Shown: in pieces, positions 47,395-56,492 of the stretch
Layout: every line of letters begins with the position of its first letter
Position numbering within the stretch: position 1 is the first letter of the stretch
Source of the DNA: Bacteroidota bacterium
Lineage (GTDB): Bacteria > Bacteroidota > Bacteroidia > Flavobacteriales > Flavobacteriaceae
Assembly (NCBI GenBank): GCA_040388035.1
Contig: JAZKCP010000022.1
Span: 32,357-90,385 of the forward strand
Reading direction: 5' to 3'
Length of the DNA stretch: 58,029 nucleotides
Translations under genes and position numbers: made by a program
Notes under the pieces: model-generated
The model's database searches: none
Told to the model about the DNA's origin: nothing
Seen by the model: only the letters and a program-made list of their open reading frames with translations

Positions 47395-48543
47395 ATGCAG
47401 TTTTCAGAAATTCTTGGTCAGGATTATATAAAAAATCATCTCGTAAAAAGTGCGCTTTCGGGAAGAATTCCGCATGCACAATTGTTTGTTGGTCCTGAAG
47501 GTTGCGGAACTTTGCCGATGGCAATTGCTTACGCACAATTTGTTTTGTGCAATAATATTGGAAACGAAAATAATGGTGGAAACGAAAGTTGCAATCTAAA
47601 GTTTCAATCATTTACACATCCCGATTTGCATTTTGTTTATCCAAATGTGACTAATGAAGATGTAAAAACAAAACCAAAAAGTGCCGATTTTATTATGGAC
47701 TGGCGCGAATTTATTATGCAAAATCCATATGGAAGTTTGTTTGATTGGTACAAGCATTTAGGTGTTCAGAACAAGCAAGGTGAAATTCGTGTTGAAGATG
47801 CGCAGGACATTTTAAAATCCTTAGCATTGAAATCTTACGAAGGCGGATATAAAATCATGATTGTTTGGATGGCAGAAAAAATGAATATTGCTGCTTCCAA
47901 CAAATTATTAAAATTGTTAGAGGAACCACCACAAAAAACATTGTTCTTATTAATTTCCGAAAACGAAGAAGATATAATTCAAACCATTCGTTCGCGATGT
48001 CAAGTTTTGAATTTTGGAGCTTTACCTGAAACCGAAATTTCAAAAGCCTTAAAAACCAATTATTTTTTAGACGATTCTTCAGCGTCAAAAGTAGCGCATC
48101 AGGCACAGGGAAATTATAATAGGGCTCTTCATATTGTGAAAAACGACGCGGAAGATTTTCCTTTTGAAAAATGGTTTGTGGCTTGGGTTCGAGCTGCCTT
48201 TAGTGCAAAAAAAAACGCTTCAGCAATTCAAGACTTAATTGCCTGGAGTGAAGAAATTGCAGGTTTAGGCCGTGAAGGACAAAAGCAGTTTTTGAATTAT
48301 TGTATTGTCATGTTCCGTCAGGCGTTGATGCATAATTATGAAACCAAAAATCTGGTTTATGTCGAACCAAAAGTTGAAAACTTTACCTTCGATAAGTTTG
48401 CGCCTTTTGTAAATGGGAATAATATTAATGCTATTTTTAATGAACTTTCAGATGCAATTTATCACATTGAACGCAACGGAAATCCCAAAATTATATTGAC
48501 TGATTTGTCTATAAAGCTTACTCGATTAATCCATAAAACTTAA
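47395..48543 (+). CDS. holB: DNA polymerase III subunit delta'
   Basis: MQFSEILGQ, RIPHAQLFVGPEGCG, HPDLHF, NKLLKLLEEPP, TIRSRC. Confidence 0.93.
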   Translation: MQFSEILGQDYIKNHLVKSALSGRIPHAQLFVGPEGCGTLPMAIAYAQFVLCNNIGNENNGGNESCNLKFQSFTHPDLHFVYPNVTNEDVKTKPKSADFIMDWREFIMQNPYGSLFDWYKHLGVQNKQGEIRVEDAQDILKSLALKSYEGGYKIMIVWMAEKMNIAASNKLLKLLEEPPQKTLFLLISENEEDIIQTIRSRCQVLNFGALPETEISKALKTNYFLDDSSASKVAHQAQGNYNRALHIVKNDAEDFPFEKWFVAWVRAAFSAKKNASAIQDLIAWSEEIAGLGREGQKQFLNYCIVMFRQALMHNYETKNLVYVEPKVENFTFDKFAPFVNGNNINAIFNELSDAIYHIERNGNPKIILTDLSIKLTRLIHKT

Positions 48544-48548
48544 CTATT

Positions 48549-48935
48549 ATGACTAATACTGCTTCCATACTTGTTTTGCTTTTTCTCGCTGTAACTTTTG
48601 TTCAATCCGGCTACGATAAAATATTTGGCTGGCAGGGAAATATTGATTGGTTAAAATCGCATTTTGCCAACACCTCATTATTGAAAAATAATGTTCCTTT
48701 AGCGTTAGGCGCAATTCTAATTTTGGAGCTTATTACAGGCGTATTAACTTTAGTAGGCTGTGTAGAATTATTGATTAATGGAGGAAGGACATTCGGTTTT
48801 TATGGTGCCGTTTTCTCTTGTATTACATTGATTTTGTTGCTTTTAGGTCAACGTTTAGCTAAAGATTATGACGGTGCGCGAACAATTGCCATTTATTTTG
48901 TACCGGCCATTCTCGCTGTTTTTTGGTTAAGTTAA
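48549..48935 (+). CDS. DoxX family membrane protein
   Basis: FVQSGYDKI, four TMs, GQRLAKDYDGA. Confidence 0.8.
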   Translation: MTNTASILVLLFLAVTFVQSGYDKIFGWQGNIDWLKSHFANTSLLKNNVPLALGAILILELITGVLTLVGCVELLINGGRTFGFYGAVFSCITLILLLLGQRLAKDYDGARTIAIYFVPAILAVFWLS

Positions 48936-48948
48936 AAATATATGTAAA

Positions 48949-48980
48949 TAAAAACGCCACTTGGAATAGTGGCGTTTTAT
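48949..48980. terminator. Bidirectional intrinsic terminator
   Basis: aaaacgccact-tggaat-agtggcgtttt between convergent genes. Confidence 0.85.
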
Positions 48981-48995
48981 AATGTTATAATAGAA

Positions 48996-49571
48996 TTATT
49001 TCTTCTCTTCTTTTGGGCTTTCTTCTTTTTTACCTGCAGATTTATATTTATCGTTAATCATTTTGATTATATCTTTTGTAATGTCATAGCTGTCTTTCGC
49101 ATATAAAATTGAAGGTGCAGCATCGCCTGATCCGTAAATATAATCGTATCCTTTTTCCTTACCATATTCTTTTAGCATTTTTCTATAGCCAATAACTAGC
49201 GAATCTATTTCAGCGCCGCTTTCTTGTTGTAATTGTTGAAGCATTGCTTGCTGCGCGTAGTTTAATTCTTGCTCTCTTTGTGACAATTCGGCTCCTTTTT
49301 GTTGTGCCCATGCTGGACCGTTTGCCTGTGCGTTTTTCTTAAAATTTGCTGCTTCCGATTTAAAACGGGCAACTTCTGCTTCCAACTGGTTACCCATTAC
49401 TTTAGATTTCTCTTTGTATTTGGCACCAATATCTTTAGCTTCTGTCGACTCGTCCATTAATTTTGAAGTGTCAACGTAGGCTGTTTTGAATTCTTTTGTT
49501 TCTGTTGCTGCTTTGTTACAAGAAATAATTGCAATTGCGAATGCAAAAAGGATAACTGTTTTTTTAATCAT
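48996..49571 (-). CDS. skp: OmpH/Skp-family periplasmic chaperone (lipoprotein-type)
   Basis: Lipobox IISC, KTAYVD, coiled coil, GYDYIY, YDITKDII; start 49571; TACTTTTG promoter at 49596-49603. Confidence 0.88.
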   Translation of the reverse strand: MIKKTVILFAFAIAIISCNKAATETKEFKTAYVDTSKLMDESTEAKDIGAKYKEKSKVMGNQLEAEVARFKSEAANFKKNAQANGPAWAQQKGAELSQREQELNYAQQAMLQQLQQESGAEIDSLVIGYRKMLKEYGKEKGYDYIYGSGDAAPSILYAKDSYDITKDIIKMINDKYKSAGKKEESPKEEKK

Positions 49572-49802
49572 GATTGTTAAATTTAATTTTGGTTTCAAAA
49601 GTATAAAAATAAAGTTCAATAATCTAAGGTGAATTTTCGAGGTTTTTTGAACTATAAATTTTATTTATTAGATAAAAATTAGCGATATTATTTAACTATT
49701 ATTTTTGACTTTAAATAAAGCGATTTAACCGCATTTTTTTATCTTGGCAGCTTGTTGCCTGTATTGCGTTGGTTTAATAAAATATGGCGCTTTTATTTGT
49801 TT

Positions 49803-50648
49803 TTAGGTGTTTTTTATGACGTATATATGAGAAGAATACTCTTTAGTTTGACTACCGCTCTGATTTGATTTCAATCCGACAAAAAAAGCTTTGACAAAAT
49901 TCATTTTTCCTGTTTTATACTTTTCAGACAATAAGCTCACATAAAAACTATCAAATTTCATTGGAAGCACTTCCACCAATTTCATTTCTTTTTCTGCAAA
50001 TAGTTTTTGAATTGCTGTTTTTGAAAAATGCCAAATATGTCTTGGTACATCATACGCTGCCCAAAATCTTCCATAATAATTAGCGTCAAAAGATTTAAAA
50101 TTTGGAACTGCAATTAGAATTGTTCCTGTAGGTTTTAGTAATCTTTTTAATTCTAAAATATATTCATCAAGATTTGGAACATGCTCTAAAACGTGCCACA
50201 TGGTTATAATGTCAAAAGAATGATTATCTAAATCGGAAAGATTATCTGCAAAAAAAACGCCCTTATTAATAGCAATCGCTTTTGCTTTTTCGCTTGGTTC
50301 AATTCCAGTTGAATTCCAGCCGTCGCTTTTTGCTGCCACTAAAAAATCGCCAGTACCTGCGCCAATATCCAAGAGTTTTCCTTTCTCGGACTGTGTATTG
50401 ATTAATTTTATTTTATTCTTTAGCGCATTGGTTTTAATCAAATGATACATTTTTTCAAAAAATGAACGCTTTCCATCCGTATGTGAAATATAATCTTCGC
50501 TTTCGTAGTAGCTTGGCAATTTCTCCAGACTAGGCTTTGGAAAAGTGATTAACAAATCATATTCAGGATTGTGATGCAATTCGAAAATTTCTTTCGAAAC
50601 AGAATAATCTCTAACTTTTTGAAAAAAAATATTATTTTGAAAACTCAT
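49803..50648 (-). CDS. Class I SAM-dependent methyltransferase
   Basis: LLDIGAGTG, ITMWHVLEH, LKPTG, DVPRH. Confidence 0.92.
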   Translation of the reverse strand: MSFQNNIFFQKVRDYSVSKEIFELHHNPEYDLLITFPKPSLEKLPSYYESEDYISHTDGKRSFFEKMYHLIKTNALKNKIKLINTQSEKGKLLDIGAGTGDFLVAAKSDGWNSTGIEPSEKAKAIAINKGVFFADNLSDLDNHSFDIITMWHVLEHVPNLDEYILELKRLLKPTGTILIAVPNFKSFDANYYGRFWAAYDVPRHIWHFSKTAIQKLFAEKEMKLVEVLPMKFDSFYVSLLSEKYKTGKMNFVKAFFVGLKSNQSGSQTKEYSSHIYVIKNT

Positions 50649-50681
50649 ATAAAGGCTGTATTGATAAGGCTTGGGAGATTT

Positions 50682-50697
50682 AGTTTCACGTGGAACG
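50682..50697. promoter_or_regulatory. parS centromere-like site (14/16)
   Basis: agtttcacgtggaacg vs consensus TGTTYCACGTGRAACA. Confidence 0.75.
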
Positions 50698-50702
50698 CAA
50701 AT

Positions 50703-52574
50703 TTATCTTCCCATGTAAATTAATAAAACTGAAACATCTGCTGGTGAAACACCGCTTATTCTTGATGCTTGTGAAATAGTAATCGGTCGAATTTTGCTTA
50801 ACTTCTGCTTTGCCTCTATTGACATTGATTTGATTTTGTTATAATCGAAGTTCTCCGGGATTTTAATATCCTCTAATCGGATTAATTTCTCTGCATTATT
50901 TCTTTCTTTTTCGATATAACCCGAATATTTTACCTGGATTTCCGCTTGCTCGACAATCTCTTTGTCTAAATCATTTTCGGCAACGTAATTTTTAACTTTG
51001 TCAAACTTCAGGAAATCATCCAATTCAATTTGTGGACGTGAAAACACTTTAAACATTTTATCCGACTGAACCATTGCTGAACTTTCTTTTGCTTCCAATA
51101 TCGGATTTGCTTCTTGTGGCGTTACACTTGTTTCTTTGAAAAAGTTAACCATTTTTTCGCTCTCATTAAACTTATGTTCCATTCTGCGCAATCTTTTTTC
51201 AGACGCCAAACCAATTTCATATGACTTCGGAGTTAATCTAAAATCAGCATTGTCCTGACGCAATAAGGTTCTGTATTCAGCTCGTGAAGTAAACATTCTG
51301 TATGGCTCCTCAGTTCCTTTAGTAATTAAATCATCAATTAAAACGCCAATATAGGCTTCATCGCGACGCAATATCATTGGAGCTTGGTCCTTTACCTTTA
51401 GAGCGGCATTAATTCCGGCCATCATTCCTTGTGAAGCAGCTTCTTCATAACCAGTGGTACCGTTTATTTGTCCGGCAAAATACAACCCTTCAACAAGCTT
51501 CGTTTCAAGCGTATGCTTTAATTGAGTTGGCGGAAAATAATCATATTCAATAGCATATCCAGGCCTGAAAAACTTAACTTTTTCAAATCCTTCTACAGAG
51601 CGCAAAGCTTTAAATTGAATATCCTCAGGCAAAGAAGTTGAAAATCCATTGACATAAACTTCAACGGTATTCCAGCCTTCCGGTTCCACAAACAACTGGT
51701 GTCGTTCCTTATCCGCAAAACGATTAATCTTGTCTTCGATGGATGGACAATATCTCGGCCCAATGCTTTGAATTCTTCCATTAAACATTGGCGAACGATC
51801 AAAACCTTCGCGAAGAATATCGTGTACATCATTTGAAGTGTAGGTCATGTGGCAAAGCAATTGCTTTGCTAACGGTTTTGTTTCATCCGAATAAGAAAAT
51901 TTATCCGGAACATCATCTCCGGGTTCTTCTCTCATTCTAGAGTAGTCCAGCGAACGCCCATCAACTCTTGGCGGTGTCCCTGTTTTCATTCTTCCCGCCT
52001 CAAAACCTACCTTAACCAAATCATCAGTAATTCCAAATGCGGCACTCTCTCCAGCTCTTCCTCCGCCAAATTGTTTGTCTCCAATGTGGATCAATCCGTT
52101 AAGGAAAGTCCCATTGGTAAGCACAACTGTTTTGGCTTTGATTTCAATTCCAAGCGAAGTTACAATTCCCTCAATCTTATTATTCTTAATTAAAAGTCCT
52201 TTTACCATTTCCTGATAGAAATCAAGTTTTGGGGTTCGTTCCAGACGAAGTCTCCATTCTTCAGCGAAACGCATTCGGTCAGATTGTACTCTTGGCGACC
52301 ACATTGCGGGTCCTTTTGATTTATTCAACATCTTAAACTGCACTGCTGTATTATCGGAAACAATTCCTGAATAACCTCCAAGCGCATCAATTTCGCGAAC
52401 AATTTGTCCCTTAGCGATTCCGCCCATTGCAGGATTACACGACATCTGAGCAATATTTTGAAGACTCATAGTAACTAACAACGTACTGCAACCTAAATTG
52501 GCTGACGCTGCCGCCGCTTCACAACCAGCATGACCTGCTCCTACTATAATTACATCGTATTTTTCTAAAAACAT
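50703..52574 (-). CDS. mnmG: tRNA uridine-5-carboxymethylaminomethyl(34) synthesis enzyme MnmG (GidA)
   Basis: GAGHAGCEAA, MSCNPAMGG, KTGTPPR, GPRYCPSIEDK, AGQINGTTGYEEAA, EPYRMFTSRAE. Confidence 0.99.
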   Translation of the reverse strand: MFLEKYDVIIVGAGHAGCEAAAASANLGCSTLLVTMSLQNIAQMSCNPAMGGIAKGQIVREIDALGGYSGIVSDNTAVQFKMLNKSKGPAMWSPRVQSDRMRFAEEWRLRLERTPKLDFYQEMVKGLLIKNNKIEGIVTSLGIEIKAKTVVLTNGTFLNGLIHIGDKQFGGGRAGESAAFGITDDLVKVGFEAGRMKTGTPPRVDGRSLDYSRMREEPGDDVPDKFSYSDETKPLAKQLLCHMTYTSNDVHDILREGFDRSPMFNGRIQSIGPRYCPSIEDKINRFADKERHQLFVEPEGWNTVEVYVNGFSTSLPEDIQFKALRSVEGFEKVKFFRPGYAIEYDYFPPTQLKHTLETKLVEGLYFAGQINGTTGYEEAASQGMMAGINAALKVKDQAPMILRRDEAYIGVLIDDLITKGTEEPYRMFTSRAEYRTLLRQDNADFRLTPKSYEIGLASEKRLRRMEHKFNESEKMVNFFKETSVTPQEANPILEAKESSAMVQSDKMFKVFSRPQIELDDFLKFDKVKNYVAENDLDKEIVEQAEIQVKYSGYIEKERNNAEKLIRLEDIKIPENFDYNKIKSMSIEAKQKLSKIRPITISQASRISGVSPADVSVLLIYMGR

Positions 52575-52575
52575 C

Positions 52576-52998
52576 TTAATTGTGTTTCACGTGGAACATC
52601 TTCATTTTCTCTTCCTCTTTTTGACGCATAAGTTTTTCGTCATCCTCGCTTTTATCTTTGTATCCACAGTAGTGCAAAATTCCATGAACTAAAACTCTTT
52701 TTAACTCTTCTTCAAAAATAACATCGAAATCAGTAGCATTATCACGAACTCTTTCTATAGAAATGTAAACATCGCCGTGTAGTTCGTTTCCTATACAATA
52801 ATCAAAGCTGATGATGTCTGTTAACGTATCGTGATTCAAATACTGCTGGTTTATTTCCAATAAGTATTCGTCATCGCAGAAGATGTAATTAATCTCGCCT
52901 TCGCTCTTCATTTCAGAGTTAATGACTTCGGAAATCCAGTCCGAATAAGAGGATTCGTCCTCTAGTTTGAAATCTAACTCGTAATTAAAACTAATCAT
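52576..52998 (-). CDS. ybeY: rRNA maturation endoribonuclease YbeY
   Basis: TDIISF, GDVYIS, HGILHYCGY. Confidence 0.95.
   Translation of the reverse strand: MISFNYELDFKLEDESSYSDWISEVINSEMKSEGEINYIFCDDEYLLEINQQYLNHDTLTDIISFDYCIGNELHGDVYISIERVRDNATDFDVIFEEELKRVLVHGILHYCGYKDKSEDDEKLMRQKEEEKMKMFHVKHN
52583..52598. promoter_or_regulatory. parS site (16/16) inside the ybeY 3' end
   Basis: tgtttcacgtggaaca. Confidence 0.9.
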
Positions 52999-55900
52999 TG
53001 GTTTTAAAATATTCTTGAACCCTTTGGTTAAAATTGGAGCGCAAAGGTAAGCTTTGTCTATTTAAAATTTCAATACTATTCAAATATTCTTGAAGCTTGC
53101 TTGGTAACGCAGTTGTCTGATTGTTAAATTCTTTCTTATTCGTTTCTGATTGACGCTTCTTATCTTCTCCTTGCTGTTGCACTGCTTTTTCCAATTTCAA
53201 CAACTCATATTTTACATTCAAAATCTTTTGAAGTGTTTCGTTGTTGAACCCTTTATTCAATAATTGCTTTTCTATTTGCTTCATTTGATCCAAAGCGTTT
53301 TGTCCATTCCCGCCAACACCTTGCTTCTTCAATTCCTTTTCCAATGCCTCACGCAGCTGTTGTTGCTCTTTATAAATATCCATAATAGCTTTAGCGTCAC
53401 CTTCACCATCCTGTCCGTTTTCGCCTCCTTTTTGATCTCCTTGACTTTTTCCATTTTCGCCTTTGCCGCCACTTTTGCCGTTATTTCCTTTCTGGCCTTC
53501 GCCTTGTCCATCCTTTTCACCTTGGTTACCTTCGGTGCCTTCTCCAGGCTTGTCACCTTTCTTCATCCCCTTTTTCATCTTTTCGCCCAAGCCTTCCTGT
53601 TTTTTAATTATATCCGGCAACTGCATTCCCTGACCCTGACCAGGTTTCGGCTTTCCTTTACCTTGCCCCGGCATTTGCATCTGCATCTGCATCCCGTTAA
53701 GGATATCGCTCAGCATGTCAGCAAGTTTATTAGATGATGAAACTGCATATTGTTGGTGCGAATTTCCTTTTGGAACATTAGCTTCGGCTAAAGTTTCAAT
53801 TGCTTTATCTACATTGTATTGGACATTTCCAATTTCTTTAGTAATACCTTCAGCTATTTTTGGATTACGTAAAGACATCGCGAATAAACTATCGTCAACA
53901 TGTTTGAATTGTTGTTTTAAATCTTGTTGAACTTTCAGGTTCTTATTAAATGAAGGTGCTCCGCGTTTAAGATTCTTAAACTGTTTCATCACATCCTCCT
54001 GAGAAAACGAATATGCCAAGAGGTTATCTAAAATCTGACGAAGCATTGCAAGATCTTCTTCCATTTGCTCCATTTCTCCAGATTCCATTTGCTCTTGCAT
54101 TTGTTGGCTCATTTGCTTCATTTTTTTTGCGGCACTTTTCTGCTTGGGTTTTGCTTTATCTTTTTGCTGCTTTTGTAATTGGTCTTTGGCATCCTTTAAG
54201 TCTTCATCGATGCTTTTCTCTTTCTCTTCAGTTTTAGGCAAATCCATTGGAGATTTTAATTCCTTATTGTCTTTATCCAACTCTTTTAGTTCTTCCTGAA
54301 GTTTGTCAAATTCCTTATTGATTTCGTCCTGCTTCTCAGCATTATTTTCATCTGTCTTATCAGCAAGTTTTTCTTGTTTTTCAGCAAGCTTATCCATTTT
54401 ATCAGCAATTTGCTGCGCTTTTTTCTCCACATAATAACGCTTGGTCAATTCAACTAGTTGTTCTAGACTCTTGGTCTGATTTTTACTGGCCTGTTGAAAT
54501 TTTTCCATTTTTTCAAAAAGCTCTTCTTTACTGATTTTATCATTCAGTTTTTGCAGTTCTTCCAATAGCTTTTTGTTTTTTTCTATCTCTTCTTTGGATT
54601 TTTCCAATCTGTCCTGAAGCAGCTCCTTTTTTTCGTCTTTTTTCTCTGATTTGAATTGCTCTAAATTTTCCTTCATCTTCTCCGAAAACTCTTTCATCAT
54701 CTCATCCTGTTGTTTTTGACGCTGAATAAAATCGTTTACCTTCTGTTGTTCTTTGTATTCTAAATTGTTCTTTTCCTTGCCCATCTTTTGCAATTTATCC
54801 AACTCTGAAAGTTGTTTATCCTGGGCTTTCAAGGATTTCGCTAACGAATTAATGTTTTCATTTTGCTGTTGCATCATTTCATCCTGCTTCTCTGTTTCGG
54901 TTGCAATTCGGTTACTGAAAATGGATGATTTAGTGCTTTTATATTTATGGATTGCATCATTATCAAAAATCTCAAAATAATATTCATATGACACGCCTTC
55001 TTGCACTGGAAGATTGCTTGGGAACGAAAATACAAATTGGTCGTAAATATCTCGTTTTACAGCAATAGAAGCCTTTTTAGCTTGATTTGGCGTGTCTTTC
55101 GGATAGTACACGATTTGCAGTTTTGATAAGCCATAATCATCCGAAACCTGTCCTAAAACAAAATTCTTGTTAACCTTTAAACTATCCGGTGCATTATTTA
55201 CGGTAATGGTTGGAAACTGGTCTTTGATTACAGAAATCTGATAATTCAGTTTTTCATAATTCTGAACTCTATTATTCGATGTCAGAATTTGATAATCAAC
55301 ATTCTGAAGAATGCTTTTTGACAACGTAAATATGTTTTCGATTTTTGCAAAAGTATAACGGGCATTTTCATTTACCCAATCCACTTTTTGTGTGGCCAAA
55401 GTATTCATTCTCCAGGTAACCTGTGTTCCTTCTGGGATTATGGCATTTCCTGTCCCTTTTATAACTTCTGATTTTTTATTCAAATAGTTTGGGAAGTTCA
55501 GCACCATTTCAAAATTGGCTATTGATGGAACGGTTACTACTTTCAATTCGTAATCATGAGAAGAAACATCATTTGCCTGAATATGGAACTCTATATCTTC
55601 TGAAGGTTTCGGAATAACAAATTCAAACTCGCCTGCTTTGTTGCTTTCCATAAAATAACTTTCGTCACCAATGAAAATCATAGCGTTTTCAGGAACAACT
55701 TTACCAATAGTCTTTACTTTCAGCAGGAAATCCTTGTTTTGCTCTGTTTGCAAATCCTTATTCAAAACCACAATTTCAAAAAGTGCCGGCGGTAAAAACT
55801 GTTGCTTAAAATGAACCACACGATTCAAGCTTTGAGATATCAAATTGCTGTTACCTGAAATATAAAAGAACGCGAAAAACAAAATTGGGATTATCGCCAA

Positions 55901-56362
55901 TGGCAAATATTTCTTATTACTTCCGAGATTTATAGCATTTCCGAAAGGAATTGGCTGTAAGGTGTTTGCTTTTTGGTCAATAGATGCCGCTAACAATTCA
56001 GATTTATTCCTGTCATAGGAAAGCTGCAAAAAATTAGTCAGCTTATCTTGTATTTCACCAAAATGATTCCCAATAATGACTGAGGCTTCTTCATAATCAA
56101 TGCCTTTTTGAAGTTTGGATAATTTGAATAACGGAAAACAAATAAATCTAAAAAACAGAAAGGCTTCAACAAGTACAAAAGTATAAAACAGTACAGTTCT
56201 CGCTGCTGGCTTGAGCCAAAGGAAATATTCTACAAACAAAGTGAATATGAAATAAAGCATCCCAATTCCGATAAAGAAAATAATTCCTTTAAGCAACTGA
56301 TTGGTATAATACTTATTGATAAAGCCTTCTAGCTTCTGATATATAATCTTTGAATTGTCCAA
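52991..56362 (-). CDS. DUF4175-like large membrane-anchored coiled-coil protein (TTG start)
   Basis: N-terminal TMs, DDYGL motif, long K/E/Q coiled coil, Gly-rich segment; 8-bp overlap with ybeY. Confidence 0.8.
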   Translation of the reverse strand: MDNSKIIYQKLEGFINKYYTNQLLKGIIFFIGIGMLYFIFTLFVEYFLWLKPAARTVLFYTFVLVEAFLFFRFICFPLFKLSKLQKGIDYEEASVIIGNHFGEIQDKLTNFLQLSYDRNKSELLAASIDQKANTLQPIPFGNAINLGSNKKYLPLAIIPILFFAFFYISGNSNLISQSLNRVVHFKQQFLPPALFEIVVLNKDLQTEQNKDFLLKVKTIGKVVPENAMIFIGDESYFMESNKAGEFEFVIPKPSEDIEFHIQANDVSSHDYELKVVTVPSIANFEMVLNFPNYLNKKSEVIKGTGNAIIPEGTQVTWRMNTLATQKVDWVNENARYTFAKIENIFTLSKSILQNVDYQILTSNNRVQNYEKLNYQISVIKDQFPTITVNNAPDSLKVNKNFVLGQVSDDYGLSKLQIVYYPKDTPNQAKKASIAVKRDIYDQFVFSFPSNLPVQEGVSYEYYFEIFDNDAIHKYKSTKSSIFSNRIATETEKQDEMMQQQNENINSLAKSLKAQDKQLSELDKLQKMGKEKNNLEYKEQQKVNDFIQRQKQQDEMMKEFSEKMKENLEQFKSEKKDEKKELLQDRLEKSKEEIEKNKKLLEELQKLNDKISKEELFEKMEKFQQASKNQTKSLEQLVELTKRYYVEKKAQQIADKMDKLAEKQEKLADKTDENNAEKQDEINKEFDKLQEELKELDKDNKELKSPMDLPKTEEKEKSIDEDLKDAKDQLQKQQKDKAKPKQKSAAKKMKQMSQQMQEQMESGEMEQMEEDLAMLRQILDNLLAYSFSQEDVMKQFKNLKRGAPSFNKNLKVQQDLKQQFKHVDDSLFAMSLRNPKIAEGITKEIGNVQYNVDKAIETLAEANVPKGNSHQQYAVSSSNKLADMLSDILNGMQMQMQMPGQGKGKPKPGQGQGMQLPDIIKKQEGLGEKMKKGMKKGDKPGEGTEGNQGEKDGQGEGQKGNNGKSGGKGENGKSQGDQKGGENGQDGEGDAKAIMDIYKEQQQLREALEKELKKQGVGGNGQNALDQMKQIEKQLLNKGFNNETLQKILNVKYELLKLEKAVQQQGEDKKRQSETNKKEFNNQTTALPSKLQEYLNSIEILNRQSLPLRSNFNQRVQEYFKTND

Positions 56363-56468
56363 TTTTTATAATTTCTTTTTATAACCGATAAATGTACAAT
56401 TTTTACCGAATACCAAAGCGTTAAAAATTTGCCAAAGAAATTTCGGCAATTCCTGGCCAATTAAATTT

Positions 56469-56476
56469 TATCTTTG
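56469..56476 (+). promoter_or_regulatory. gltX -7 promoter element (TATCTTTG)
   Basis: TAnnTTTG 16 nt upstream of the ATG. Confidence 0.65.
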
Positions 56477-56492
56477 CAAAAAAATAATAGAA

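Noticed and set aside
53264-55000. Several alternative-frame ORFs within DUF4175
   Set aside because: Shadows of a low-complexity coiled-coil/Gly-rich coding region.
56428-56452. Imperfect inverted repeat ttgccaaa...ttcggcaa between DUF4175 and gltX
   Set aside because: Short, imperfect and single-copy; not distinguishable from chance.
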